From NCBI RefSeq assembly GCF_963921235.1, contig NC_086097.1, forward strand, positions 97,900,001-97,964,000: a stretch of 64,000 nucleotides of DNA, written 5' to 3'. This DNA comes from Mobula hypostoma. Lineage: Eukaryota. Both the position numbers and the translations under genes were made by a program. The notes under the pieces were generated by a model. The model saw only the letters and a list, made by a program, of their open reading frames with translations. It did not search any database and was not told the DNA's origin. This document shows positions 38,915 through 52,787 of the stretch, piece by piece. The stretch's first letter is position 1. Every line of letters starts with the position of its first letter.

Positions 38915-38995
38915 CTGCTTGGCCAATTGATCCAGTTTCTTTGCATCTTTCTTTTCTTCTTCTCGCCTCTGTATTTCTTCAAGGATTTCACGTTG
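38915..38995 (-). CDS. EIF2AK4: GCN2 exon 5 (QREILEEIQRREEEKKDAKKLDQLAKQ)
   Basis: Hand translation; human QREILHEIQRRKEE...MAKQ; gaag/CAA and CAG/gtttgt; 81 nt. Confidence 0.93.
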
Positions 38996-39609
38996 CTTCA
39001 AAAACAGTAAGAATTTAATATTACATTAAAATATCATTAAACTATTTAAAGCTATATGCAAAAAGCAAAATATAGGGGAACTCAGCAGGTCAGGCAGCAT
39101 CTGCGGAGCAAAACGAGCAATCCACATTTCAGATTTGGAATCCCTCCAGCAGCTCGTTTTTTGCATCCGCAGCCTTTTGTATCTCCAGGATTCTAAAAGG
39201 CAGCTAATTTTGCAGCTGAAAAATGAAAAGCAAGCATACCTCAGAGGAGAAACAAGAGAAAATCTGCAGATGCTGGAAATTCAAACGAAACACACAAAAT
39301 GCAAAGTTTTGGTCTTTTGATAGATTAATACCTTGAACATAGGAGCCATGCTTAGGATATTTTAAAAAGATAACAATATTGGCAGTATGATTGGCTGTGA
39401 GAAAGGAATGTTTCAGTTGCAGGGGAATACTAATGGACGGGTATTTGGACAATAAATTTGCAAATGGAACTCAAAGGAATGAACAGTAAGTGGTAAAATA
39501 TTGCAATGTAGTGGAACATGGGAATGGATTCCTAAAGGTAGCATGGTAGATGAATTACTAATTGGTCCATGCACAGAATATTAAAGCAGGCAATCATTGC
39601 AGAAAAGCA

Positions 39610-41097
39610 GTAAGAACATAAGATATAGGAGCAGAATTAGGTCATTCAGTCCATCAAGAATGTTCCTCCATTTCATCATTGGTGACCTAATTTCCCTCTC
39701 AACACCAACCTCCTGCTTTCTCCCCGTATCCCTTCATGCCCTGACCAATCAAGAATCTATCAACCTCTGCCTTAAATATACGTTTGTACATAAAGACTTG
39801 GCCTCCACAGCTGTGGCAGAGAAATCCAAAGATTCTCCACTCTCCGGCTAAAGAAAATCCTCTTTATTATCTCAATTCTATAAGGACATCCCTCTATTCT
39901 GAGGCTGTGTCCTCTGGTCTTAGACTGTCTCACCATGGGAAACATCCTCTCCACATTCACTATATCAAGGCCTTTCACAATACGATAGGTTTCAATGAGG
40001 TCACCCCTCATTCTTCTGAATTCTAGTGAATACAGTCCCAGAGCCATCAAATGCTCCTCATATGACAAGCCATTCAATCCTGGAGTCATTTTTGTGAATT
40101 TCCTTTGAACTTTCTCCAGTTTCACTACATCCTTTCTAAGATAAGGGGCCCAAAACTGCTCACAATAGTCCAAGTGAGGCCTTATCAATGCTTTATAAAG
40201 TCTCACATTACATGCATGCTTTTATATTCTAGTCCTCTTGAAATGAATGCTAACATTGCATTTACCTTCTTCACCACTAACTCAACCTGCAACCTACAAG
40301 GACTCCCAAGAACCTTTGTACGTCAGTTTTTGTATTTTCTCTCCATTTAGAAAATAGTTAACCCTTTCATTTCTTCTGCCAATGTGCATGACCGTACACT
40401 TCCCTACACTGTTTTCGATCTGCCATTTCTTTACGTATTCTCCTAATCTGTCCAGGTACTTCTGTAGCCTCTCTACTTCCTCAAACCTACCTGCCCCTCC
40501 ACCAACCTTCATATCATCTGCAAACTTTGCAAAAAAGCCATCAATTCCTTCATCCAAATCATGTGTCCCAACACAGAACACCATTTGTCATCAGTAGCCA
40601 GTCAGAAAAGGCTCCTTCTATTTCCACTCTTTGCCTCCTGCAAATCAGCCACTTCTTTATCAATGCAAAAATCTTTCCCATAATACCATGGGCTCGTAGC
40701 TTGTTAAGCAGCTTCATGTGTGGCATCTTGTCAAATGCCTTCTGAAAATCCAAGTACACAACATCAACCGATTCTCCTTTGTCTATCCTGCTTGTTACTT
40801 CTTCAAAGAATTCCAACAGATTTCTCAGTAAGATTTTCCCTTGAGGAATCCATGCTGACTAGTCTATTTTATCATCCTTAACAATCGACTCCAGCATCTT
40901 CCCAATCACTGAGGTCAGACTAACTGGCCTATAATTTCCTTTTTTCTGCCTCTCTCTCTTCCTGAAGAGTGAAGTGACATTTGTAGTTTTTCAGTCTTCT
41001 GGAACCATTCCAGAATCTAGTGATCCTTGAAAGATCATTACTAATACTTCCACAATCTATACCATCTGATCCAAGTGACTGATCTGCCTTACAGCAG
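39610..41097 (-). mobile_element. CR1 RT 3' fragment
   Basis: LYKALIRPHLDYCEQFWAP, FAKFADD, VYLDFQKAFDK. Confidence 0.88.
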
Positions 41098-43268
41098 ATA
41101 GAACCATAGAACATTACAGCATGGAAACAAGCCTTTTGGCCCTTCTTGGCTGTGCCAAACCATTTTTCTGCCTAGTCCCACTGACCTGCACCTGGACCAT
41201 ATCCCTCCATACACCTCTCATCCATGTACCTGTCCAAGTTTTTCTAAAATTTTAAAAGTGAGCCCGTATTTACCACTTCATCCGGCAGCTCATTCCACAC
41301 TCCCACCACTCTGTGTGAAGAAGCCCCCCCCCCATGTTCCCTTTAAACTTTTCCCCCTTCACCCTTAACCTATGTTCTCTGGTTTTTTTCTCCCCTAGCC
41401 TCAATGGAAAAAGCCTGCTTACATTCACTCTATCTGTACCCATCATAATTTTATATACCTCTATCAAATTTCCCCTCATTCTTTGACACTCCAGGGAATA
41501 AAGTCCTAACCTATTCAACCTTTCTCTGTAACTGAGTTTCTCAAGTCCCGGCAACATCCTTGTAAACCTTCTCTGCACTCTTTCAACCTTATTAATATCC
41601 TTCCTGTAATTTGATGACCAAAACTGCACACAATACTCCAAATTCGGCCTCACCAATGCCTTATACAACCTCACCATAACATTCCAACTCTTATACTCAA
41701 TACTTTGATTAATAAAGGCCAATGAACCAAAAGCTCTCTTTACGACCCTAACTACCTATGACGCCACTTTTAGGGAATTTTGTATCTGTATTCCCAGATC
41801 CCTCTGTTCTACTGCACTCCTCAGTGCCTTACCATTTACCTTGTATGTTCTACCTTGGTTTGTCCTTCCAAAGTGCAATACCTCACACTTGTCTGTATTA
41901 AACTCCATCTGCCATTTTTCAGCCCATTTTCCCAGCTGGTCCAAATCTCTCTGCAAGCTTTGAAAACCTTCCTCACTGTCCACTACACCTCCAATCTTTG
42001 TATCATCAGCAAATTTGCTGATCCAATTTACCACATTGTCATTCAGATCATTGATATAGATGACAAATAACAATGGACCCAGCACTGATCCCTGTGGCAC
42101 ACCACTAGTCACAGGCCTCCATTCAGAGAAGCAATCCTCCACTACCACTCTCTGGCTTCTTCCATTGAGCCAATTGTCTAATCCAATTTACTACCTCTCT
42201 ATGTATACCTAGCGAGTGAATCTTCCTAACTAACCTCCCATGCGGGACCTTGTCAAAGGCCTTACTGAAGTCCATGTAGACAACATCCACTGCCTTCCCT
42301 TCATCCACTTTCCTAGTAACCTCCTCGAAAAACTCTAATAGATTGGATAAACATGACCTACCACACACAAAGCCATGTTGAATCTCCCTAATAAGTCCCT
42401 GTCTATCCAAATGCTTGTAGATTCTGTCTCTTAGTACTCCTTCCAATAACTTACCTACTACCAACGTTAAACTTACCGGCCTATAATTTCCCAGACTACT
42501 TTTAGAGCCTTTTTTGAACAATGGAACAACATGAGCTCCAATCCTCCGGCACCTCACCCATAGATACCGACATTTTAAGTATATCTGCAATTTCAACACT
42601 AGTCTCCTTCAAGGTCCGAGGGAATACCCTGTCAGGTCCTGGGGATTTATCTACTCTGATTTGCCTCAAGATAGCAAGCACCTCCTCCTCTTCAATCTGT
42701 ACAGTTTCCAAGATCTCACTACTTGTTTCCCTTATTTCCATACACTCCATGCCAGTTTCCTTAGTAAATACAGACGCAAAAAAACCCATTTAAGATCTCC
42801 CCCATTTCTTTTGATTCCATAGCCGACCACTCTGATCTTCAGAGGACCAATTTTATCCCTTACTATCCTTTTGCTCTTAATATACCTGTAGAAGCTCTTT
42901 GGATTATCCTTCACCTTGACTGCCAAAGCAACCTCATGTCTTCTTTTAGCCCTCGTGATTTCTTTCCGTTATTTTTTCACACTTTTTATACTCGTCAAGC
43001 ACCTTATTTGTTCTGTTTCCTATACATGTCATATATTTCTCTCTTCTTCTTTATCAGAGTTCCATTATCCATTGAGAACCGAGGTTCCTTATTCTTATTC
43101 ACTTTGCCTTTAATCCTGACAGGAACATACAAATGCTGCAGTCTCAAAATTTCTCCTTTGAAGGCCTCCTCAAAGTTTAGAACCTCAACCCGAGGACCAA
43201 ATCTATCTTTATCCATGATCAAGTTGAAACTAATGGTGTTATGATCACTGGAACCAAAGTGTTCCCCT

Positions 43269-44158
43269 TGTGACGAGAATACACATAGATTAAGATGTTA
43301 GCTGTCCTGTGCTGGCACCAGTGGGATCAGCAGTTGGTCTGCCACCTGTCTTCAGGAGAGAGAGAGATAAGGAAAACAATGGAGCAGCATTTGGAGATGT
43401 TAATGAAAGGACGGGAGAGTTTAACAGAAGGAGAGCTGTCAAGATCGGCTCCCCCTTTGAACCCTGAACTGTTTGAAGTGATGGACAGGTGATAGCTCAG
43501 CAGGGGGATAAAAAGGGACAGGTTCGCTAAGGCAAGACACACACGACACCCCGAGGTAACGAGACCCTGGAAGCGGTGCGTCTCCCACAAGTCGGTGGGA
43601 AGTTTTGGAAGGCTGGTCGCAGGACCAAGCCATAGACGCACAGGGTGGAAAGGCACGATCAGCGGGAACCTGGTGTGTGTCCGCCCTTGCCTGGGTGCCA
43701 GGTTCACCACAGAGAAACGATCGTATCTGGAAACTGAGGGGTCAGGGTCGGTGACCTCAGAAGACATCACAAAGGACTCGCCCGAAAGCTGACTGCGAAG
43801 GTCTGTGTGGAAGCCGTTTGAATATTCATTCGTTTTTCTCTCTCTCTCCCTCCCCCCACTGTCCATCTCCCACGGCAGTGATTACGGTGAACTGAACTGA
43901 ACTCAATTGAACTGAACTTTGCGTCACTTTGAAACTGGTCATTTACCCCTAGCCGACGATAGAGCTTGATTGATCCTGTTATCTTAATTCTGTGTACATG
44001 TGTGTTATCATTGCTGAACTGTTGCATTTATTATCCTTTTGATTAGAGTACTGTGTTGCTTGTTTCTTTAATAAAAATTTCTTAGTTCTAGTAATCCAGA
44101 CTCCAACTGAGTGATCCATTTCTGCTGGTTTGGCAACCCAGTTACGGGGTACGTAACA
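43269..44158 (+). mobile_element. Solo LTR (890 bp) inserted in CR1
   Basis: TGTGACG...CGTAACA termini; 4-bp TSD CCCT; TATA-like GATAAAAG about 43507; AATAAA about 44070. Confidence 0.85.
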
Positions 44159-44331
44159 CCCTACACACACTTCCATCACCTGTCCTAACTCGGTTCCTAA
44201 TAGGAGATCTAATATTGCATCCTCTCTAGTCAGTATCTCTATATATTGATTTAGAAAACTTTCCTGACCAAATTTTACAAACTCTAACCCGTCTAGACCT
44301 TTAACAGTAAAATCCCCTATCACAACTTTAT

Positions 44332-44411
44332 GTTTCCTGCAGTTGTCTGCTATCTCTCTGCAGATTTGCTCGTTTCCTGCAGTTGTCTGCTATCTCTCTG
44401 CAGATTTGCTC
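44332..44411. repeat. Perfect 40-bp tandem duplication inside CR1
   Basis: gtttcctgcagttgtctgctatctctctgcagatttgctc x2. Confidence 0.9.
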
Positions 44412-47400
44412 CTCCAATTCTCGCTGACTATTGGGTGGTCTATAATACAACGCCACTAATGTGGTCATACGTTTCCTGTTTCTCAGCTCCACCCATATGG
44501 CCTCGGTAAACAACCCCTCTAATCTGTCCTGCCTGAGCACTGCTGTAACATTTTCCCTGACTAGCAAAGCCACCCCCCCCCCACCCTTCATTCCTCTGCC
44601 TCTATCCCATCTGAAACATCGGAACCCTGGAACATTAAGCTGCCAGTCCTGCCCCTCCTGTAGCCAAGTTTCACTAATGTTGTAATTCCACGTGTCAATC
44701 CATGCTCTCAACTCATCTGCCTTCCCCACAATACTCCTTGCATTGAAGTAGAAACACCTCAGAAGATTTTTACCACCACACACAACCCTTCTATTTGTGA
44801 CTTTGCATGAACTTTTAACATCATTTATTTTCACCCCCGCTCCACTATCTGCTGTGGCACTCTGGTTCCCATTCCCCTGCAAATCTAGTTTAAACCCTCC
44901 CCAATAGCACTAACAAACCTCCCTGCAAGGATATTGGTCTCCTTGTAGTTCAGCTGTAACCCATCTCTCTTGTACAGGTCCCACCTGCCCTAGAAGAGGT
45001 CCCAATGATCCTGAAATCTGAAACCCTGCCCCCTACACCAGTCCCTCAGCCACATGGTCATCCGCCAGAGCATCCTACTCTTACCCTCACTGGCACATAG
45101 CACAGGTAGCAATCCTGAGATTACCACCCTTGAGGTCCTACTTTTTACCTACCTACCAAGCTCTCCATACTCACCCTTCAGGACCTCCTCACTCTTTCTT
45201 CCTACGTCATTGGTACCGACATGTACCATGACATCTGCTGATCACCCTCCCACTTCAGAATGCTGTGCACGTGATCAGAGACATCTCTGACCCTGACCCT
45301 GGCACCCGGGAGGCAAGAAACCACCCGGGAGTCTCTGTCACAACCACAGAACCTCCTGTCCGTATCTCTAACTATCGAGTCCCCTATCACTACAGCTCTC
45401 CTCTTCTTCCACCCTCCCTTCTGAACTACAGAACCAGACTCAGTGCCAGAGATCCGGCTGCCGCAGCTTGTCCCAGTTAAGTCACCCCCCGCCAACAGTA
45501 TCCAAATCGGTATCCTTGTTGTTGAAGGGAACCCTGCTCTGCCTGCCCTTTCCCCTTCCCTCGCCTGACGGTAACCCAATTACCTGTGCGCTACTCTTCT
45601 GGCGTAACTACCTCCCTGAAACTGCTATCTATAAACTCCTCATTCTCCTGAATGATCCAGAAGTCATCCAGCTCCTGCTCCAGTTCCCTAACATGTTTTG
45701 TTAGGAGCTGCAGCTGGATGCACTTCTTGCAGGTGTCGTTGTCAGGGACACCAGAGGTCTCCCTGACTTCCCACATCCTGCAAGAGGAGCATCCTGTCTG
45801 GCATTCTCTCTACTCTAAGCAAACAAAACAAAACTTACCGGAACCTACCCTCGCCTCTGCCTGTTCACGCCAAAGCCGTCCCACTCTGCTCCCTCTCACT
45901 CCACTGCCCGCTGTATATGTGGTCTTTTTTTAAACCTTTGGCGCTCTACGTCTTGCGCCTGCCCAGGCTAGTCTCTTTCCCCGAGCAGTGTAAAAAAAAA
46001 AGACTTCTCTCTGAGATTCCTTCACTCCTTCACTCTCAGCCTCTTGCTCCAATTTAAAGAAGAGAATGGGAAAAAAAAACAAGTTTTCCATTTTCAATTA
46101 CTAAAACATTAGTTAAGTCACAGTGTAGAGTTCTGGTCACATTATGGAAAATAAGAATGCCAGCCCTGCAGTAAGGGTGTAAAGGAAAGTTGTGAGGATG
46201 ATAAAATTACCAGGTCTGAAAAATATCAATTATTAGGCTACACTGAAAATTTCTCGGTTTGTATTAAAAGTGGACAGAAGTACAAGAACCCTAGATTGGA
46301 TGAACAGAAAAAAATCATGTCCCTTAAAAAAGTGGCTAAAATTTTCAAGTAATTGATGGGATTAGTGTTGACATAAACCTTCTCAACCGACATATGGTGG
46401 GAGTCTGGAACTTAGTGAAAGGAAGGTGGGGGTAAAATACTTGGCATCTTTAAAAACATATTTTAGCACTTAAGTTGCCAAGTCTACCACTTTCCAAAAA
46501 CTGGAAAGTAGATTTAGCCCAAATAATTATCTTATTTTGATTTGAACAGGCAGGAGGGATGAAATCTCTCGTCCCTGTACACTGCTGATTCTATTAAAAT
46601 GGACCATCCAGCCCATCATTCTCCTCCTTCCTGAACTGTAATATTCACTGTCAAAGGCAAGACTAGTATCCCTACCAGCCAGAAACAAAATGCGGCCAAT
46701 TACTTGACAATGCAGCTCCTTATTCTCACATCTTGATATATCATTCTTAATCGTTGCCCATCCAGCTCTTTTGCGGCATTGAAAAGGGGACTTTATTTTT
46801 GCTTGAATTGCTCCACATAAATGGATCTTGTAGCAATGTAGTCAACATTACTACCACTGACAGCTTAGCACAACAATTAGGACTTCCACATTTACCTAAA
46901 AATTCCAAAGTCATAGGCAATTACATGAGATATCATCATCTATTGTACAGGGAACTTCTCTGAGCTACCAAACACTACTTTAAGACCAGAGGAACCAACA
47001 AAAAAATGAAGTGCAGTCCTCAGATCATCACTAGACCACTGTTCAGGGCTAAAGACTGGTTGGTCAGGAGCAATCAATCAAAGTAGCATGTGACTGTGTT
47101 GGTCTAAAGTCTAGGCTGTTAGTAGATTTCACTCCTTGGAGATCAAGGAGTCACAGAAGGGAAGGTGAAGGGAAGGTGGACATAAAGCTTGTGGATATTA
47201 CTGGCAATTTCTGAATATTGAGCAAAGGATGGAGGGAGAGGAACCAGTTGAAAAGGGGAAAATTTAACAGACCATGAATGAGCATGTCCTCGCCCACCGG
47301 TCTAGCATACGTATGGACTAAAGAATTGTAGAGAGTTAAACTTCCCAATTATGATCAGTGCTCTATAAACTTTGTCTCATGTTATAAAGTTTGATAACAA

Positions 47401-47435
47401 AACAGAAACAAGCCACATGGATAGACAGTGTGTAT

Positions 47436-47459
47436 ACACACACACACACACACACACAC
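47436..47459. repeat. (CA)n microsatellite; also (TG)n at 32296-32329
   Basis: Direct reading. Confidence 0.9.
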
Positions 47460-47633
47460 GAATTGACGTTATAACGGTCCTGCTGTCCTGTAAAGACTAT
47501 CACTAGTGCTCAGAGTCAATGGCTTTGGAACCTGCTTCAAGCGACAGGAAAGGAAACACGGTGAATGGCAAGAACCTCCCGATGTTTCCATGCAACAAAG
47601 GAAATATTCTAAAAGGAATAAAGTCAAACCCAC

Positions 47634-47807
47634 CATTTTCTCTTCGTGCTTCTTTTTCTGTTCCATCCTGCGCTGTTGTTCCTGCGCAAGCCGCTCCCTC
47701 TGCTCCTGTTGGTTCTTCAGCATCTCCTCATAGAAAGACTTGGAAGGAGGGATGTTGTGTTCACTGAGAAAGGACTGCACATGATCCACCAAGAGGAATA
47801 TCATCAC
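47634..47807 (-). CDS. EIF2AK4: GCN2 exon 4 (VMIFLLVDHVQSFLSEHNIPPSKSFYEEML...EEKM)
   Basis: Homology to human VMIFELAYHVQSFLSEHNKPPPKSFHEEML; AG/GT; 174 nt. Confidence 0.95.
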
Positions 47808-48405
47808 CTACCAGGAGAAACTCCGTCACAGTACTGCAGCTTCCTCAGGCAAAATGAGAGAACCACCCCATTTTAAGAACACAACATTTGGGTAGAATTA
47901 GACTTCTTTTAAGAAGAGAATCCACTGGTATACTTCCACTACTGAATTTATCAGGGTACCACATTAAGAATGCTTCCCAATTCTCAGCTACAACCCATTT
48001 ATTTGGACAAACTGGCATTAGGTACACACACAACTAGCCTGGGGTTCTACTAAATATTAACCATGGAAACAATTAGCTATCTTACACTCCAGCAATCCCA
48101 AACGTAACCCCTTGTGCTATGAGGCAAAGACGATAGACCGCAACATGGTCCTGGCCTTCATAGCAAGGAGTAAACCATGAGTCCACAATTCCCAATAGCA
48201 AAAAGAAGATTCCCTTACAGGTGAACCTATTGAATCAAGCAAATAACGCAGCTGTTTTAAAACTCATCACTGTTCTATCATAACATGTACAAGCAGTGAG
48301 GCTGTTGTCAAGCTAGTGTGCTCTCACATTCAACTGGATGTTTCTGTGTCACTTCGACTGTGACACTGAGTTCAAGTTATTTTGCAAGTCCCCCAGTTTT
48401 CTCAC

Positions 48406-48508
48406 CTCTCCGCAAAAATCTTTGGCCCGGTTCACCAGCTCTGCCCGCAGCTGGTTCAGCTTTTCATTTGACAGCCCCTTTGTTCTCTTCAGCTCAATTT
48501 CTGGAGGT
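48406..48508 (-). CDS. EIF2AK4: GCN2 exon 3 (PPEIELKRTKGLSNEKLNQLRAELVNRAKDFCGE)
   Basis: Homology to human PEIELKNAKGLSNES...HCGE; AG/GT sites; 103 nt, phase consistent. Confidence 0.95.
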
Positions 48509-48753
48509 CTGTAGTTAGGAGAGAGAAGCAGCATTAGCACGAAACCAAAGAGCCACACGGTGGGTAGAGCCGCAGCCCCACCTCTCCAGCAACCCAGGTT
48601 CAACCCTGAGCTCCGTTGTAGACTATGTGGAGTTTGCACGCTCTCTCTGTGACTGTCCACCCATAACCCGCCTAAGTAGTCCAGTTTCCTCTCAAATTCC
48701 AAAGATATTGGTGGGGTGGTTGGTAGGTTACACTGCGGTTGCAAATTGCTCGA

Positions 48754-49776
48754 AGGCTACGTCCACACTAGACCAGATAATTTTGAAAACGCCAGTTTTG
48801 AGTAAAAACGATAGGTATCCACACCAAGCGTTTTTCAAAATATCTCTGTCCACACTGGAACGGACATTTGGGCGAATCTCCTCCTACTGGGCATGCGCAG
48901 GACACACAGAAAACAAGAGGAAACGGTATACTTGGTGCACGTTTGTCCAGTTACAGACTAGAAAAACTTTAAAGGAATTGCTGTTGGCTTTCCCGCAGGA
49001 GGACTTAAAACTAAAAAAAAACAAATACTGGAGCGTATGGAGGCGACCGACAGGGAGTTCACGGACAGTATGACCCAGCTGACGACGAACATTGAAAAAC
49101 TGACTAACACTTGCATTAATAAAGCACCTTGTTAAATGTATAAAACGTCTGCATCAGTGTTATCTTGTATTTCCATACAATGTTACATTAGGCTGTTACA
49201 GATCTATTGTCAGAGAAGTACTTGCATAAATAGGTAAAGCACCTTCATACAAGCAAGGACAGAAAACAAGGCAAAGTGAGTATACTTATTTATTCAGTAA
49301 GCTATGGGTCAAAGTATTTGGTGAGTACATTTCTAACTCTTCTGGCTTCAGTCTCGTTGCCGTCTGTTCTGAAATTGTTAGGTTATGTGGGGGGCTGCGT
49401 TCAAGAAAACAACGAAATGCGGCGCTGCGGCTATCTGTTCCAGCACGTCATGACAGCGTTTTTAAATAGTCAAAAAAGCACACTTTACAATTTAACTCTC
49501 ACGCCGTTCACACTGACTGCGCGTTATAACAGCCGTATAGCAGTGCTTACGCAGTACCGAGAAGCAGAAAAGGTATTGTTGTTGTGGTGTTGTCATGACA
49601 GCGTTTTTAAATCTCTCCGTTCACCCCGTCCACACTACAATGCGCAACAATCATTTTCAAATTTACACACTCTGGAGAGTGTCTTAGAAAAGCTCCGTTT
49701 CAATGTGGATGGAGGGTCAAAACGAAGAGAAAAGGCTTCGTTTTCAAAATTATCCGGCGTAGTGTGGACATAGCCT
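48754..49776. mobile_element. Non-autonomous Harbinger-like DNA transposon inserted in a SINE
   Basis: ~38-bp TIR AGGCTACGTCCACACTAGACCAGATAATTTTGAAAACG / CGTTTTCAAAATTATCCGGCGTAGTGTGGACATAGCCT; CpG-rich; no clean TSD. Confidence 0.8.
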
Positions 49777-50704
49777 CAGAGTGTAGATGAGCGGCAGAAT
49801 CTACAGCTCAATGGAATCTAGGGGAGTGAAAAGGGATCGGTGTCATTGGGTAGTTGATGATCCGCATTGACTTTAAGGGCCGAAGGGTGCAATCCCATGA
49901 AGAGAGATTCCATGAAAAATCTGTGCAGCGAACTGACCCTCACTGCAGCCACTACATCAACACATTACCACCTCTGAAAGAAGGATAGCTCAAAAACATC
50001 TCAGCCCTCGGGTCTGGCATTTCATTTGGATTTTAATCGCTAACTGCCTCGTTCTCTTTCAGCAAAGCCTTTAATATGCCTTTGTCACCAGCCTGTGTAT
50101 CTCTAGGTCTCTGTGTCCTACAATACTCCCCAGGTCCCTGTCATTCACTGTGTCTGTCCTGATCAGGTTTAACTTTCCAAAACGCCTAACTTTGCATTTG
50201 CCTGAGTTACATTTCATCAGCCATTACTTTGCCCCCTTTCCCAGTTGTTCCGGATGCTGTCTTCGCACTGTCAGTTTTGATGCCGTCTGCAAGATTAGTA
50301 TCCGTGCCACCTACCTATATTCACATCCAAACCATTAATATAGATGATAAACAACAGTGAACCAGCACCTATCCCTATGGCATACCACTGGTCATAGGCC
50401 TCCAATCCGAAAAGCAACCCTCCAATACCACTCCCTGACTTCTTCCACCAAGCCAATTTGCCAGCTTACCCTGGATCCCTTGCGATCTCACCTTCTGGAC
50501 CAGCCTACTAAATCAGACAATGTCTACCACCCTACCATTGTTAATCATCTTGGTTGGTTCCAAAATCACAAGGTGTGACTATGTAAACAAAGTCTGTTGG
50601 AATAGTAAGGACAATGTTACACAGCAGGAAGCCTCTGCCACATGAGACCTGGAAAGCAATTACAGTCCTTATATGGACAATGAGGATTGCTAAAGCTTTG
50701 GGAA

Positions 50705-51078
50705 TAACCATATAACCATAACAGCACAGAAACAGGTCACCTCTGCCCTTCTAGTCCGTGCCGAACGCTTACTCTCACCTAGTCCCATCTACCTGCACTC
50801 AGCCCATAACCCTCCATTCCTCTCCTGTCCATATACCTGTCCAATTTTTTTTTAAATGACAAAATCGAACCTACCTCTACCACTTCTGCTGGAAGCTCAT
50901 TCCACACGGCTACCACTCTCTGAGTAAAGAAGTTCCCCCTCGTGTTACCCCTAATCTTTTGACCCTTAACTCTCAACTCATGTCCTCTTGTTTGAATCTT
51001 CCCCACTCTCAATGGAAAAAGCCTATCCACGTCAACTCTATCTATCCCCCTCATAATTTTGAATACCTCCATCAAGTC
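50705..51078 (-). mobile_element. CR1 3' end fragment
   Basis: EVFKIMRGIDRV...FFTQRVVAVWNELP; (ttatatgg) tail. Confidence 0.85.
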
Positions 51079-51688
51079 CGGTGAATCAGGTGCAATCTTT
51101 TAGTGTTCTACAGATGTTAGTCATGAACTGCAAACAGCACAATTGCAAACAAGGAGGGACCAAGAGAATGTCAAACATGAACTTGGTGTGCAGAGTGACA
51201 TTTCAAAATCTTAAATTAGCTGGTAGGGTAGACAGATATGTGCTAAGTGAAAGTTAATGGAGGGAAATTTAAACAAAAAGCAAATCCACTGTAGATGCTG
51301 GAAATCTGAAATAAAAACAGAAACTGCTGGAAACACCTAGCAGGAGAGGAAGCATCTGCGGAAAGAGGAGAAGAATGAATGTTACTGGCCCAAGACCCCT
51401 CATCGGAACTGGGAGAGAGAGAAAGAAAACCAGTTGTTCACAGCAGGGAAGGCTGGAGAGGGGCAAAGAGAATATCTTGGATAGGAAGAGACCAGACGGG
51501 TTACTGAGGCAATTAGAGACAGATTATGCTTCTTTTTTTTTAAAAAAAAGCTAAGGGTGAATCCCAGCAGATCAACCTGTACCAAAAAAAAAGGAAACAC
51601 TGAGACAAACTCACAGATGCATGATTGGCTGAAATGGCTAGTAGAAAGAGTTACCAAGTTGAAATGATTAGCTTTATTTGTCACATAT

Positions 51689-52034
51689 CCTTCCTTCCTT
51701 GAGCCCTTAACTCCTGGTGGAGTCGTCGGGGCGCTATCATGACAAGTTTTGCACCAGTCTGTTCCATCTGTTGCGGTTGTGTGTCAGAGCCTGCATCACC
51801 ACAAATGTTTTCCCTGTCCATTCTTTAATGTTGTCCATCCATCTTTTCCTCTGTCTACCCCTCCTTCTCTTCCCCTCCACAGTTCCTTGTAGAACGGTCT
51901 TTGCAAGACCACCGGATCTTGTTACGTGGCCGTTACCATCTCAGCTTTCTTTTCTTCATCGTTGTGAGAAGGTCTTCATGGGAGCCATTGTGGTGCTGGA
52001 TGGTCTTGTGGACCTGCCCATTTGTGATGTGGTC
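51689..52034 (-). mobile_element. RTE-clade LINE 3' fragment with (AAGG)n tail, inserted in a SINE
   Basis: Encodes KTVLQGTVEGKRRRGRQRKRWMDNIKEWTG on minus; CATAT on both sides. Confidence 0.8.
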
Positions 52035-52787
52035 CATATAAATCGAAACAGACAGTGAAATGCGTCATTTGCGTCAACGAGCAACACAGTTCAAAGGTGT
52101 GCGGGGGGGGGGCCCACAAGTAGCACTATGGTTCCAGCACCAACAGAGCATGCCCACAAGTTACTAACCCTAATCCATACGTCTCTGGAATGTGGGAGGA
52201 AAGCAAAGCACTCAGCAGAAAGCCACGCGGTCACAGCGGAACATACAAACTCCTGACAGACAGCGGTGGGAACTGAATGTAGACTGCTGGATTTGTAAAG
52301 TGTAACACTAACCACTTCATCCTGCTGTGCCTGCCTGCCGCCTACCAACAGGAGAGTCAGTACTCAGCCCTGAAAGCTGCAGTGAGACCAGGCGAAAGAT
52401 AAGATGGTGTTTGTCAGGAGGCCACACACAGGTAGGTCAGAGTGGGAGAAGGGTGCTGAAATAAAGTGGTAGCATGGATCCTCCAGTGGAACGCTAACCA
52501 CCTGTGAACACTGAACGCTGTACACAGGGAAGGGCAAAGCAGATGAGAAACACAATTCCATATGGAAAACGTGTCTGGGTCACTGGATAGTGGGAAAGGA
52601 AAAAGTAAATGAACAAGTTTTGAATCTCTTTAAGATTGAATAGGGAAGTGCCCAGAAGACAAGAGAATATTTGGTGGGGACAGAAGAGAGGACCAGGAAC
52701 TTGCAAAAAGAGGAGACACTTCAAATTAGTAAAAGGCAAGAGCAACAAGTATCCAGCAGCGAAATCTTGTTAAGAGTTGGCAGAAGG

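Larger units (their letters stand above)
41098..46050 (-). mobile_element. Near-full-length CR1 LINE (ORF1 zinc finger + GDSL/SGNH esterase; ORF2 APE + RT), disrupted
   Basis: ORF1 CKKC and VVIGDSIVR; ORF2 YFNARSI, YRPP, KSPGPD, YMDFSKAFDKVPH, GVPQGSVLGP, KFADDTK; (ttctatgg) tail at 41098. Confidence 0.9.
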
